Part shown: positions 12,825 through 25,830 of the stretch, in pieces | Layout of the letters: every line of letters starts with the position of its first letter | Position numbering within the stretch: position 1 is the stretch's first letter | Origin: Malacoraja senta | Taxonomy: Eukaryota | DNA length: 64,000 nucleotides | Assembly: GCA_038087875.1 (NCBI GenBank) | Contig: JAXLNO010000237.1 | Location: 1-64,000 of the forward strand | Direction: 5' to 3' | The notes under the pieces: model-generated | The model's input: only the letters and a program-made list of their open reading frames with translations | Told to the model about the DNA's origin: nothing | Database searches by the model: none | Translations under genes and position numbers: made by a program

Positions 12825-13063
12825 GTGGGTAAGAACTGCAGATGCTGGTTTACACTGAAGATAGACACAAAATGCTGGAGTAACACTCAGTGGGTCAGGA
12901 AGCATCTCTGGAGAGAAGGAATGGGTGACATTTCGGGTTGAGACCCTTCTTCAGACTGATTGAGGCAGGGAGGGTGGGGGGCAGCTGGAAGAGAGGAGAG
13001 GCAGGACAAAGCATGTCAAATAATCCCACTGAGTTACTCCAGGATTTTGTGTCTATCTTCGGA
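12825..13063. mobile_element. Penelope-derived short inverted element with hammerhead-like core (minus strand 12923-12954)
   Basis: Inverted arms GATAGACACAAAATGCTGGAGTAAC / GTTACTCCAGGATTTTGTGTCTATC; TSD CATTTTAACTGT (12813-12824 and 13064-13075). Confidence 0.8.
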
Positions 13064-13889
13064 CATTTTAACTGTTTGTTCTTATTGAATGAATGCTTCT
13101 GCTGCTCAGACTGAAGCACTCTGATGGCCCCAGGTGGCTTCAAACTATGTTTTGTTTAACACTTTAGATGATTGCTTTGATTACAGCAATCGAAAAGTAG
13201 CATTTGCAATCATTAAATTTATCTGCTGTGATCTTCTGACATGCTTGGACTCATAAAAGGTTTCAGCTTGAATGTTGGGGGAAAACATGATTTATACCAG
13301 GAATGGGTGGTGTTGTCATTTTCATGCATTTTAACCTTCATATGATGCACAACATTATCAATCTTTCACCTTGTCTGCAAGTTTTCCCAGGCACTCGGGA
13401 TCAGTTTGGGCTTGTCTGTTGCTGTTTCAAAATTCCTCCACCCTTTTGCAGCACATTTACTTTGGCTGTGGACAAGCTTGGAGCTGTTAGCTGCATGCAG
13501 AGCAATGTTGATGCCTGCCTATCTGAGAGAGAACTTCCCTAACTCGAAACTTTGGGGTGGGAGATTGCAACCTTCACTGGACCACCCTGTTTCAACGAAT
13601 GCAATCAACCTGGCGTGCACAAACAGAAGATCAAACAGAACAAGTTGTCTTACAACATTAGGCCGTGCACGCCATACGCAAGAAGAAAAAAGACTCTAAA
13701 CTCTTATCTGGCCCAAAATCACAAACTCTTTTGTATAAATACTCCTGTGTTGCAGCCTTTTGAAAAAAAACTTGGTTAAGCAGTCAACAGATAACATGTA
13801 ATGATCGGACTGAATCATCAAAACACATTTATGAAGAAGTCTGAAAAAGTGTCACGTAATGATTACATGTGGAGCCCTAAAAGACATAA

Positions 13890-14160
13890 ATTTAGTTTCG
13901 GGATTTAGTAGGGAAACAGGCTGTTTGGCCCACCGACCATCTATCATCTGCTCACACTGGTTCTATGTTTAGATGAAATTTTACAGAGGCCAATTAGCCT
14001 ACAACCCCACACTTCTTTGGGGGGTGGAAGGAAACCGGAGCACCCTGGGGAAACAAGCATTCACAGGCAAAATGTGCAAACTCCACACAAACAACACCCG
14101 AGGTCAGGATCGAACCTGGGTCTCTGGTGCTGTGAAGCAGCAGCTCTACCAGCTGCCACA
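13890..14160 (-). mobile_element. tRNA-derived SINE (HE1-like)
   Basis: Homologous to 740-1043. Confidence 0.8.
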
Positions 14161-14329
14161 GTCAAATTATTTATTTTGTCTCTGTGTCTATACTGGACTA
14201 GTAAACTGGAGGCTCAGATGGACAATCCAGTATCCTGAGTTCAAATCCCACTGTAGCATGAGTGAAATTAAAATTCTAAAAATTTTAAAAAAACGTTCAT
14301 TTGTAACAATGACTTACCAGAAATGAATA

Positions 14330-14815
14330 AGTCCAGAAACCTGTCTCCAAACCTGTGCACCACCTACGATGCTCCAGTCTGCAGTGTGATGGAGCACTCT
14401 CCACTTGCCTGGGCGAGTGTTGCTTCAACAACACTTATGAAGCTTGACAACATACAGGACAGAGCAGCCCACTTGATAGGCAACTCGTCCACAACTATTC
14501 ATTCACTCCACCACCAACATTTGCTGGATAGACTGGAGTAACCCACGAAGACGCCTTAAACAGCACCTTCCAAAGCCACCACCTCTACCAGCTAGAAAGA
14601 CATAGGCAACAAAAGCATGGGGACATCACCACCTGGAAGACCAAGCCAGACACTACCGTCTCATGGTTCCATCACCGTCGCTGGGTGACAATCCTGGAAC
14701 TCCCTCCCTACCCACACCTGAAGGACTGCAGTGTTTCAAAAAGGCAGCTCAACACTACCTTCGCATGGCCACTTAGGGGTAGGAAATCCACAAGCAAAAC
14801 GCACATATCTTGAAT
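14330..14815 (+). mobile_element. Old non-LTR retrotransposon 3' fragment (CR1/L2 group)
   Basis: Translation TTYDAPVCSVMEHSPLAW..LDNIQDRAAHLIG resembles the post-RT region of CR1/L2-group ORF2. Confidence 0.6.
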
Positions 14816-15019
14816 GAATATTAAAAATTAAGTCAAGATGGGAAGTGAATGCCGATGATAGACACAAAATGCTGGAGTAATTCAGCGGGTCAGGCAGCAT
14901 CTCGGGAGAAAATGGAAAGATGATGTTTCGGGTTGGGACCCTTCTTCAGATCATGTTTGATTGTTAACCAAGTCTTGCTGCAAACTGGAAGATGTTACAG
15001 ATCCAAGAATTGGTTTGTT

Positions 15020-15418
15020 TTCTCTGGAACATCGGAGATTGAGGGGAGACATGATAGAAGTATATTAAGCTATGAGAGGCATAGACAAGGCGGACAAACA
15101 AACTTTTTTCCCAGGATGGAAATATCAAACTAGGGGGCATAGTTTTAAGATGTAAGGGCCAAAGTTTAAAGGAGATGTGCCAGGCAGGTATTTTACACAG
15201 AGAGTGGTGAGTGGCAGTAACGTGCTGCCAGGGATGGTGGTGGCAGCAGATACTATAGCGGCATTTAGAGGCTTTTAAATAGGCACATGGATATGCAGAG
15301 GATGGAGGATTATGGATCATATGCAGGCAGAGGAGATTAGTTTAACTTGGTATCATGTTTGGCACAGACTTTGTGGGCTGAAGAGTCTATTTCTCTGCTG
15401 TACTTTTCTATGTTCGAT
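15020..15418 (+). mobile_element. CR1 LINE 3' fragment
   Basis: Degenerate homolog of 6572-6982. Confidence 0.8.
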
Positions 15419-15547
15419 GGTGTTACCTGCTGCAGCCTGGAAGAAATCAGTAGCATTAAAGTTTATTTGTAATTCCCTTAACTGCATGTAGATATTAATA
15501 TTGACATGGTCAGCATTTATTGCTAATCAATAATCACTCAGGTGAAA

Positions 15548-15855
15548 GCGGCATGGTGGCGCAGCGGTAGAGTTGCCCTCTTACAGCACCAGAGACCCAA
15601 CTTCGCTCCTGACTACGGGTGCTGTCTGTACAGAGTTTGCACGCTCTCCCTGTGACCACATGGGTTTTCTCTGGGTGCTTCCTTTTCCACCCACTTTCCA
15701 AAGACATGCAGGTTTGTAGGTAAATTGGCTTCTGTAAATTGTCCCTCAACTGTAGGATAGAACTAGTGTGCGGAAATCACTGGTCAGCATTTTACTTGTT
15801 GGGCCGAAGGGCCTGTTTCCACGCTGTACCCCAAAATAAACTCTCTAAACTAAAA
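15548..15855 (+). mobile_element. tRNA-derived SINE (HE1-like)
   Basis: GGCATGGTGGCGCAGCGGTAGAG head; same body and tail as the other copies. Confidence 0.85.
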
Positions 15856-16739
15856 GGGAGGGAGAACCATTCTTTTTCAGCCGCTGTCGTCCAGTTGGTG
15901 AACATGTTCCCACAACACTGTTGGGTAGGGTGTTACAACATTTGGGCCCAGTGATAATGAAGGAAGAGTGATACATTTAACACTCAGAATATTGTGTTAG
16001 AAGAAGCTGAAGGCAGTGGCAAACTAATGTGCTTGTTGCCTTTGTTCTTGCCTTTGTCTGACTTGTGTTTCAAGGGAGTTGTCCCAGTGAATCTTGTAAA
16101 TGGAATAGACATCATCCTAGTTCAGGGATACAAGAGCCTTTGCAGGTGTAGCCTGTGCAATCCATGTCCCAGTGCTAAATCTTCACTAGGCTAAGAACTT
16201 AACTCAGAACAATTGAAAAGTCATTGATTTTGAAAAATCACATTTGGTTCACTCACCAAGGTCACTGAATATTCCCAGCATTTTCTTTTTTTAAATTTCA
16301 GATTTGCAGCATCTGCATTTTTTTTCCTTTCGAAACTTTAAGATATTGTCCTTCATGCTTCATGTTCCTTGAACGCCTGCTGTGGGTATGGCCACTTTCT
16401 TGCTGAATTCTCCTCCTGCTTTGTATTTACGTTGTGCGCTTGGCTTTGAAACATTTCCCAAAGTACCTGAGTGAAGTGTCAAAAATTGTCCAAAGAAGGG
16501 TGTGTGATCAACAGCTCAGCCAAAGAGAGAAGTTTTAAAGAGCATTTTTAGTGAGCAAGAGAGTTGGAAAGGTGGAAGATGGGAATTGCGGAGCTTAAAT
16601 ACTGGGTGTCAGAGGCAAGGGAAACCGTGAATGGCTTTGAGGCCTAATCGGACAATACAACTCAACCACTTAAGCAACAACCCAAAACAGTTGTAAGACC
16701 AACAAATCTTTCTCAGATGCCAGAATTAGATTTCTGCCA

Positions 16740-17208
16740 AAGGACACAAAGACCTAGCATCACTCAGCGGGTCAGGTGACATCTCTGGAGAATATGGATA
16801 AGTGACGTTTCAGGCAGGACCCTTCTTTAGACTGATTAGGTTGGGGGGGGGAGAGGCAGGACAAAGCGTGTCAAGTAATAATTGGACACAGGCGAGGGGG
16901 GTGGTTGATAGGCAGAAAGCTGGAACAATGGGCAGATAGTAAAAACAGAAGGTGTGAGAATGTAGGATTGAAGAGTTGCAAATTGTAACACCAGGGGAAG
17001 GAATGCAGGAGAGGGGAGGGGGTTGAAGGGGAGAAATAGGCCCAAGTCCAGGTGGGGCGCAGGGGAGTGGGTGGGGGAGAAAGGGAAGGTGTGTGGGAGA
17101 AAGGGGAAGGGATGGAGCAGTTTTTTTGAAGTTACCTAAAATTGGAGAATTCATTGTTCATGCCATTGGGTTGTAAGCTGCCCAGTGGAATATGAGGTGC
17201 TGTTCCAG
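16740..17208 (-). mobile_element. Penelope-like element 3' fragment
   Basis: Minus strand has a frameshifted EQHLIF..LQP.GMN.EFSNFR-type C-terminus, a pyrimidine-rich UTR and the same terminal repeat as the hairpin elements; homologous to 35656-36180. Confidence 0.75.
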
Positions 17209-17268
17209 ATTTCTGCAGTCAGAGAATCAGCCAAAAATTCATCAAAATTGTCCATTAACCCCAATAGG

Positions 17269-17494
17269 ATAGACACAAAATGCTGGAGTAACTCAGCAGG
17301 TCAGGCAGCATCTCTGGCGAGAAGGAATGGGTGACGTTTTGGGACTTCAGACTTCAGTCTCAGTCTGAAGAAGGATCGCGACTCGAAAAGTCACCCATTC
17401 CGTCTCTCCAGAAATGCTGCCTGTCCCGCTGAGTTACTCCAGCATTTTGTGTCCATCTTCGGTGTAAACTGGCATCTGCAGTTCCTGCCTACAC
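17269..17494. mobile_element. Penelope-derived hairpin element
   Basis: Long inverted arms; central CTGAAGAAGG..CGAAA motif at 17365; TSD AACCCCAATAGG (17257-17268 and 17495-17506). Confidence 0.85.
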
Positions 17495-18179
17495 AACCCC
17501 AATAGGGTGGGTTGCTGGATAATTCGTTGGACTAATAATGCTGAGACTCAAGTTTGATCCCCATCACCGCAGCTGCAGAATTTAAATTCAGGAAGTTAAA
17601 TAAATCTGAAATAAAAATCAGTAATGGTGAATTGTTTAAAAGCAAAACATGTGGTTTTTCAGTGTGCTTCAGGGTAGGAAATCTACAGCCCACGGCTGGT
17701 CTGGTCCACATAGAAATGCAATGTGTTTGACATCATCCAGCAAGCCACTATTTATGCAACTTTGCGAATGGGATACAAAATGCAAGCCCAGCTGGTGACA
17801 CACATGTAATAATTATATAAAAACATTTAAAATCAGCAACAAATCTCCAAGCAGCAGAGAAACCTGTGAATAGCTGTAGTGAAGGCTCCTTTGGTTAATT
17901 ACAAATCTAATTACATATTAAACTCCTGATAACAGCTGAAATATGAATCCGCAGAACGATGTTCAGGAGACAGTGCGAAGTGAAATAGTTTCACTGTCAT
18001 TTCCTGTGAGCCAGACGATACCAGACTCGGGTAAGGAAATTCATTTCATAAAAAGCAAAATACTGCAAATGCTGGAAATCTGAAACAAAAGCAGAAAAAG
18101 CTCAGCAGGCCAGCCAGCATCTACGGAGAGAGAGAGGCAGAGGTCATGGTCCAGAGTATGCTTGACCCAGTCCTCATCT

Positions 18180-18478
18180 ATAGACTTTAAAGAGACAGCG
18201 TGGAAATAGGCCTTATGGCACACCGAGTCCGCGCCGACCAGCGATTGTCCCGTACACTGGCACCTTCCTACACATCAGGGACGAGTTACAATTTACAGAA
18301 GCCAATTAACCTACAATCCTGTACATCTTTGGAGTGTGGGGGGAAACCGGAGCACCCAGAGTAAACCCACGTGGGCCACAGGGAGAACGTACAAACTCCA
18401 TACAGGCAGCACCCGCAGTCAGGATCGAACCCGGGTTTCTGGGGCCGTAAGGCAGCAACTCTACTGCTGTGCTGCCCT
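18180..18478 (-). mobile_element. tRNA-derived SINE (HE1-like)
   Basis: Homologous to 740-1043. Confidence 0.85.
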
Positions 18479-18814
18479 TGCATCACCCCCATGATTGCAC
18501 TGACCATTTGTCGGCCCATAGGTTGAATTGAACTCCAGGCCTATCCACTGTAGTTGTCTCATGATCCCAAGTGGTCTAGAAGTGGTAAGTAGGCCACATA
18601 TGCTGTAGTCAAAAGGCATTGATTGCCACAGTAATCCTTGCTGGGCTGGTGTTTTGTCAGCTTGTATTGTCAAAGGCCTTCACAACTGTTTCTAAATGTC
18701 ATTGATAATCATAAATTATATAACACCTGGAATAGATATACAGTAAATAATTCTTTAAAAATAAAAGGTTACATATCTGATCTGGAACAGTTTCAGTATT
18801 AAATGCAGAGACGA

Positions 18815-21800
18815 TGTAGTGCCTCCTAGGGGCCATGTTGGGTAATACACCTAATTTGTAACTGGTTGCTCTTGTGACCTTGTCATGTGACCTTTGGCGG
18901 GATTGGAGTGCAGAACAGCACATTTTTTGGTCCTGAACATCTGCAATCATCTTATGCCTTTTGACAGCTTGTGTTGCAATTTTCTTGTTTGGGATTTGTT
19001 ATTTTATGTAGAATGTTTATTTACAGTGTTATTGTAGTATGTTTGCAACAAGCGTATTTCTTATTTCTACTCCTTTTTGTACTTTCCTGATTCAATAAAC
19101 CTGCGGACAAAAGATTTTGCATCTTTAGAGTCTTGATAAAGGAAGGTGTTTAAGCTGACTGTCAAGATATACACATTGTTTAAGAAGGAACTGCAGATGC
19201 TGAAAAATCGATGTAGACAAAAATGCTGGAGAAATTCAGCGGGTGAGGCAGCATCTATGGAGCGAAGGAAACAGGCAACGTTTGGGGTCAAGACCCTTCT
19301 TTTGGTCTACCGTCAAGATATACACGGTCATATTTTGAGGACAGCACAGTGAAACGATGGCTCTCTACCATATAGGATAACACAGTCATAGTCAACAGTG
19401 GACACTTCTACAATGCCCTGACACCCAGCCAGTGCACGACTACCACAGTAGTGTCTAACCAGGCATTCCTCACCTAACTAAACCATGGCTGAGGGATGGC
19501 CTTCGTTTACAACCAGGTCCAAGGCTTCAAGTTTGACATTTGGAAGTGCTTCATCAACTGGCTCTGCCACAGCTAAGGCGATGGCAAAAGCAGAAGCAGA
19601 GGGTCTGCCTCGCCTTTGCCGAAAAATAAATACAAATGAAACTCTCCTTGGTCGAAAAAGAAAAGCAAATGAAGTCAGAGAAAACTAAACTAGAAGCATC
19701 TTTGGAGTTATTGAGTTGTGAAAAAGAGACGGCCGCAGCTATTGCCGAAGCAGAGGCCTTGGAAGCTGCTGTTGAAGCACAGAGTGAGAAACACAACAGT
19801 GAGCACAATTGGGATCCCATTCCTTCAGAAAGGACACAACGCACTATGTCATCGACCAGACCAAGTCCGGAGAGGAGGACGACAAAGCCACACTGTTCAT
19901 AGAGCCAGAGATTCGCAGTGACACTCCAGCTACACGACTTAATCCAGAAAGCAACCCTTTTCACCCAGACTTAACCCTTTCAGCTAAGCATCCCAGTCAT
20001 GTCTCAAATACAACACCCATTGATTCTTCTCGCGTGACTCCACAGCAACTTAACTTCTCTGATTGCTAACTGGATGCTTATTGGCCACGCAAAGTAAGTT
20101 TTGATGTCAATGCTGTGCCTTTTGGGAAAGGCTCACTGAAGAACGTAAAGTAATCTTAAAAGAGAACTACATTTGCTTTAAATGCTGTGCTTCTTCATTG
20201 CATATGGCAAAGAACTGCACACTGAAGGCACAGTGCTCTGAATGTGGCAGTGAAAAGCATCACACAGCTCTCCACCCCTAACCAGCTCCGTGGATCAAAG
20301 AGACCGACGCTGCTCCAGAGCACGGCGGGGAGGAAGACGTCTCATCACCATCACATGTCACCACAAAATGTACACACGTCTGTGGCGGAAATCTATCAGA
20401 ACTTGTGATAGTACCAGATCTTGTGAAAGTGTATCCGGCAGGCTATTGAGACAAGGCAAGGAGGCTTTATGCAATTCTAGATGAGCAGAGCAACAGATCT
20501 CACATCCACTCAGAGTTCTTTGAATGACCAAGGCCCAAGCTCTCCTTCCTTCCTAAAAACATGCGCCGGAGTAAAGGAGACAACGGGAAGAAGAGCCAGT
20601 GGATACAAAGTGGAATCGCTGCATGGAACGGTCAGCCTCGCATTGCCCAGCCTCATTGAATGCAACGAGATACCAGATAACAGATCTGAGATTCCAACTC
20701 CCAAAGTTGCTCTTCACCACGCTCATTTGAAGTCAATAGCGCACCTCATCCCAGATCTTGACCCAGAGGCTCCCATCATGCTCCTGCTTGGACGGGACGT
20801 CCTCAGAGTTCACAAAGCACGCAAGCAGGTCAACGGCCCCCACGATGCACCTTACGCGCAGAACCTGGGATGGGTTGTGGTAGGCAATGTGTGTCTAGGC
20901 AATATCCACAAACCACTAACAGTAAAGACCGTCTACACTAACACCAGAGAAGGAGAGCATCCAACCCTTTTTGAACCATGCCCTCATGTGTTTCATGTCA
21001 AGGAGAAATAGGATGGAATTCAGATCCCTCAATGTTCCACAATACAATTCAGGAATAACTTTGCCAGTGAGGCTGATGACATAGGGTGCAACGTGTTCAG
21101 GCAAACCAAAGAAGACAACCAGATTGCTCCTCCTATCCAAGATGCCTCTTCCATGAAAATAATGAAAGAAGGTCTAAAGAAAGAAGCAAACAACAGGTGG
21201 GTACCATTTAAACATCCACGCCGAAGGCTCTCCAACAACAAGCCTCAGGCACTGAATTGTCTTAAGTCTCTTAAACACAACTTTGAGTGAATACTGGAAA
21301 TGAGAGACCACTTCCTCATCTTCATGGAGAAGATATGTCGGAACGGACATGCAGAATTAGCTCCTCCCCTCACAGAGGGACAAGAACGGTGGTGTGGTGT
21401 GTACCACCCAAAGAAGCCAAAGCAAAGCAAAGTTGTGTTTGACTCCAGTGCGCAATATGACAGAGTGTCACTTAACGATGTCCTGTTAACTGGGCCTGAT
21501 CTAAATAACATAATGCTGGGCGTACTCATACACTTCAGAAAGGAAGCCATTGCATTCACATCAGACATCGATCAGATGTTTCTCCCAAGAAACCGTAGAG
21601 TATCGTATGAAGGTGCACATCATTGGCAACAGTCCTTCCCCAGCGGTGGCTATATACGCCCTACGACAGCCTGTTCAAAACAGCGAACCAGAATCTGACC
21701 TCGATGTCAAGCAGTTCGTCACACGCGACTTCTCCGTAGACGGCGGTTTGAAGTCTCTACCAACAGTCGAAGCTGCAGTCGACCTGCTCAGAAAGACACA

Positions 21801-22866
21801 AGAGGTCCTTGCCAAATCAAATCTAAGTCTACACAAAATTGCTGCCAACAGCAAAGAGGTCATGGAGGCCTTTCTGTCCCAAGATCATGCGAGCGATCTT
21901 GAAGACCTAGACCTTGAAGCAGACACACAACCGATTCAACACAGTCTTGGCCTCAATTGGGACCTCAAGATAGACAGCTTCATCTTTAAAGTCTCCGACG
22001 AGGTAAAATCCTTCACTCGGCTGGGTGTTTTATCCACCATTAACAGCCTCTACGATCCATTGGGATTTGTAGCACCAGTGACTATCCAAAGCAAGTAGCT
22101 CACTGTTGAGAATGGCTTCTGGGACTCTTCAATGTCTCACGAGATGGAGTCCTCCTGGACTGCCTGGAGAGACTCTCTTAAAGATCTCTCCAGTCTGCAA
22201 ATACCCAGATTTACACTGAATTATCACCTTCAGCAACTGCAACAAGAGAACTTTGTGTCTTCTCCACTGCATCAACTAAAGCCATTGGTGCAGTCGCCCA
22301 TCTAAAGGTCACAGACACAGATGGAAACAACCATGTCTGCTTCATCGATGAGCAAGGCCTCCTGAGGGTTGGAGGTCGCATCAACAACTCAAGCCTCGAA
22401 CAGAGAGAACAGAATCCCTTGATTATCCCCAGTAACCATCATGTTGCAACCTCATTAGTGAGACATCCCCATGAACAGACTCGCCATCAAGGTCGACTCT
22501 TTACAAAGGGAGCCCTCTGTACAGCTGGTTTTCGAATAGTCGGTGGCAAGAGGAAAGTGAGTAGCATCATCCATCAGGGTGCAACTTGCAGGAGACTCAG
22601 GGCCCCTCTTAAAACCCAAAAGATGGCCAGTCTCCCACCAGATCGGCTCATTACAGACCCACCATTCACAAACGTTGGGTTAGACGTGTTTGGCCCTTGG
22701 ACTGTATCCTTGCGACGGACAAGGGGAGGCCTCATACGAAGCAAACGGTGGGCTGTGATGTTCATGTGTATGAATGTAAGAGTGGTTCATATAGAAGTTA
22801 TTGAGTCCCTTGACACATCAAGTTTCATCAAAACACTGAGGCGATTTCTTGCTGTCCGTGGTCAAA
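18815..22866 (+). mobile_element. Degenerate, 3'-truncated BEL/Pao LTR retrotransposon
   Basis: Probable 5' LTR from TGTAGT (18815) to about 19348 with AATAAA; coiled-coil gag; protease YAILDEQSNRS; RT YHPKKP..VVFDSSAQY..SLNDVLLTGPDLNN; RNase H GVLSTINSLYDPLGF; integrase PPFTNVGLDVFGPW..VHIEVIESLDTSSFI; many frameshifts; LTR limits tentative. Confidence 0.9.
19175..19311. mobile_element. Penelope-derived terminal fragment inserted in the BEL LTR
   Basis: GTTTAAGAAGGAACTGCAGATGCTG start; flanked by duplicated GTCAAGATATACAC. Confidence 0.75.
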
Positions 22867-22949
22867 CTATTTAATATATGTCCTTTAATATCTATTTAAG
22901 GACATATATAATTAATAATATATAAATTAGTAATGTCAATTGGGGCTCA

Positions 22950-23260
22950 GGGGTGACACAGTGATGCAGCAGTAGAGTTGCTGCCTTACAGCGCCAGAAA
23001 CCCCGGTTCGATCTTGACTACGAGTGCTGTCTGTACGGAGTTTGTATTTCTCCATGTGACCACGTGGGTTTTCTCCAGGTGCTCTGGTTTCCTCCCACAC
23101 TCCCAAGAAGTACGGGTTTGTAGGTTAATTAGCTTCGGTGAAGATTGTAAATTGTCCTTAGTGTGTGTAGGATAGTGTTAGTATACGGGGATCGCTGGTC
23201 GGCGCGGACTCGGTGGGCTGAAGGACCTGTTTCCATGCTCTATCTCTAAACTAAACTAAT
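22950..23260 (+). mobile_element. tRNA-derived SINE (HE1-like)
   Basis: Full head, body and (CTAAA)n tail. Confidence 0.85.
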
Positions 23261-24504
23261 TGGAAAAAAAAGAGAAATAACCTCAATTGTGTTTGCCATT
23301 CAGATTGGCAGCCCCATTCAAATGAATGGAGTTGCTTTACTACATCAGGTATGGCGTATGTGAATCTGAGGGGCCAGATATGAATCTCTACTGATCTTGC
23401 GCAGTGCTGGGTTGAGTGGTGGAGAGGGAAGTGTGATCCACTGGGACATCTGACTTTCTGCCGTGCCCTGATTTCCATCTTGCAACGCAGTGGTGGAGGG
23501 GTAGGGACTCGCTGACCTGCAAAAACCACCTCAGCTCCACTTCTTTTCCAAACCATCGGCAAAAGTAGGCTTGCTCAGTCCAAATTTATGGGTCAGTGTC
23601 ACTGATGAAAGGTTATAAAACTGACGCAATAAAAATACATTAAATCACATTCTCTTGTTGAAAATGATATGTGCACTGCGGTCTGCCACAAAAGGAAATT
23701 TACTTTCATGAAGGCATCCAAGAGATAGAACCTTGAGCCAATTTCATTGTGAATTTATCCTGGATGAAACTCACATCAAACCAAATGTATCTTGTAAATT
23801 CTATTTTTGTTACAGGGACAACAGTTTTTAGCCTGATGAACCAAACACACTCAAAATAAAAATGCCACAATTCTGCTGCCATTTCTTGATCACTTTTGGA
23901 TTACATGCCTAATTTTTCAAAGTAATATTGTCTCCTGCAAATGAGGACTGGACACAAAACTGGAATTAAGACAGAAAATCAGAGAACAATGGAACGGTCA
24001 TATGTTCTCCACTGACTTCTGTTTCTTATTTCCTGAAGTTCTCACTGGCTTGTTATTCCCTTCATTTGGATTCAACTATTCTTGTTCAAAATAGTTTATG
24101 GTTAATATCCCCAAAAAAGTTCTCAATTGTACTTTGCTTTATTTCCTGTTAGTGAACAGTCAGCATTGGAATTTTTTAATATCTCTTTGCTGGAATGAGA
24201 ATGCTGACTACATAAAACATAGAACAGTACAGCACAGGAACAGCACCTCCGGTCCACCATGTCTCTGTCAACCATGACACCAATCTAAACCAATCCACTC
24301 TGCCTGCACATGGTCGTATCTCCCTATTCTTGGCCCATTCATGTGCTTGCCTAAACACCTCATTTTTTCCTATTCTATCTGCTTCTGCCACCCCCCCCCC
24401 CCCCCTTTGCAGGGCGTTCAAGAATCTATCACACTCTGTGCACAAAAAGGTTGCCACAAACCATCTCCATTAAACTTTCCCTCTCTCACCCTAAACATAT
24501 GTCC

Positions 24505-24815
24505 GGCATGGTGGCACAGCGGTAGAGCTACTGCTTTGCAGCGCCATAGATCCGGGTTCGATCCCAACTATGGGTGCTTGTCTGTACGGAGTTTGTACGT
24601 TCTCCCCGTGAACTGCGTGGGTTTTCTCCGGCATCTCCGGTTTCCTCCCACACTCCAAGACGTACAGGTTTGTAGTTCAATTGGCTTGGTGTAATTGTAA
24701 ATTGTCCCAAGTGTGTGTAGGATAGTGTTAGTGTGCGGGGATCGCTGGTTGGTGCGGACTCGACGGGCCAATGGCTTTGTTTCCGCACTGTATCTCTAAA
24801 TTAAACCAAACTAAA
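24505..24815 (+). mobile_element. tRNA-derived SINE (HE1-like) inside CR1
   Basis: Full copy interrupting CR1 sequence; ATATGTCC present on both sides. Confidence 0.85.
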
Positions 24816-25095
24816 ATAATATGTCCTCTTATATTTGACATTTCTACCCTCAGAAAAACATTCTGTCTACATATCCTGCCTCGCATAATTTCATCTAACG
24901 GTACTTCTATCATTTTGCCCTCAGCCTTAATGCTCCAGTGAAAACAAATGTTTCCAACCTGTCCTTATATTCAATGTAGACACAAAATGCTGGAGTAACT
25001 CAGTGGGTCAGACTGCATCTCTGGAGAGAAGGAATGGGTGATGTTTTGGATCGAGACCCTTCCTCAGATGTATTCTTCAGATTATTCAATGTAAT

Positions 25096-25830
25096 TGCGG
25101 TGCCACCACAGTGGCTGCCTCGCCAACAGTCTGTCTGTTTCCTCTCTGTTTTACTATTTTAAGTATGTTTTAAAAGTATGTTTAGTGTTTCTTGGTCTGT
25201 TTTATGTGGGGAGTGGGTGGGGGGGGGGGGAATTGGGGGAAACATTTTTCAATCACTTACCTCGATGGAGATACGATTTTCCTCCGTATCGTATCTCCGT
25301 CCCCCCTGCGGCCTAACAACGTGGAGTGGTGCGGCCTTTCCTGAAGACCGGCCCAGCGCTTCGAGCCGCGGGCGCGCTGACTTTCACATCAAAGGAGCCT
25401 GCGATATTTGCTAAGGATCGCCTGTGAAAGAGCTCCAACTGTGACTGTGGACTTTAACACTGTGAAGCCATCGGTCTCTGGTAAGAAGAGACCGACTCGG
25501 GAGCTCCATGCTGTGGAGTGTTCCAATCCGTCCCGACGCCGGAGTTTCGATCATCCCGATGCGAGGGCTTCTGACATCGGACCATCGGCAGCGGCGAATG
25601 CGGAGGGTTCAACAGCCCCGACCACGGGTGAACATAGGAGGAAGATGATTGAACTTTATTACCTTCCATCAGAGAGGAATGTGGATTCCGCTGTGGTGGA
25701 TGTTTATGTTACATTTTATTTTATGTGGCTGTGTATTGTTGCTTTTCACTTAGTATGGCTATATGGTAACTCAAATTTCACTGTACCTTAATTGGTACAT
25801 GTGACAATAAACTGATCTTGAACTTGAACT
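25096..25830 (+). mobile_element. GC-rich non-autonomous element with Rex1-type tail
   Basis: Tail GTGACAATAAAC..(CTTGAA)n matches the 3' end of the Rex1 element at 26758; flanked by TGTAAT; body related to 29940-30793 and 31102-32006. Confidence 0.65.

Noticed and set aside
25255..25290. ACTTACCT..GGAGATAC resemblance to the U1 snRNA 5' end
   Set aside because: Match is short, internal to the element, and not maintained in the copy at 31102-32006
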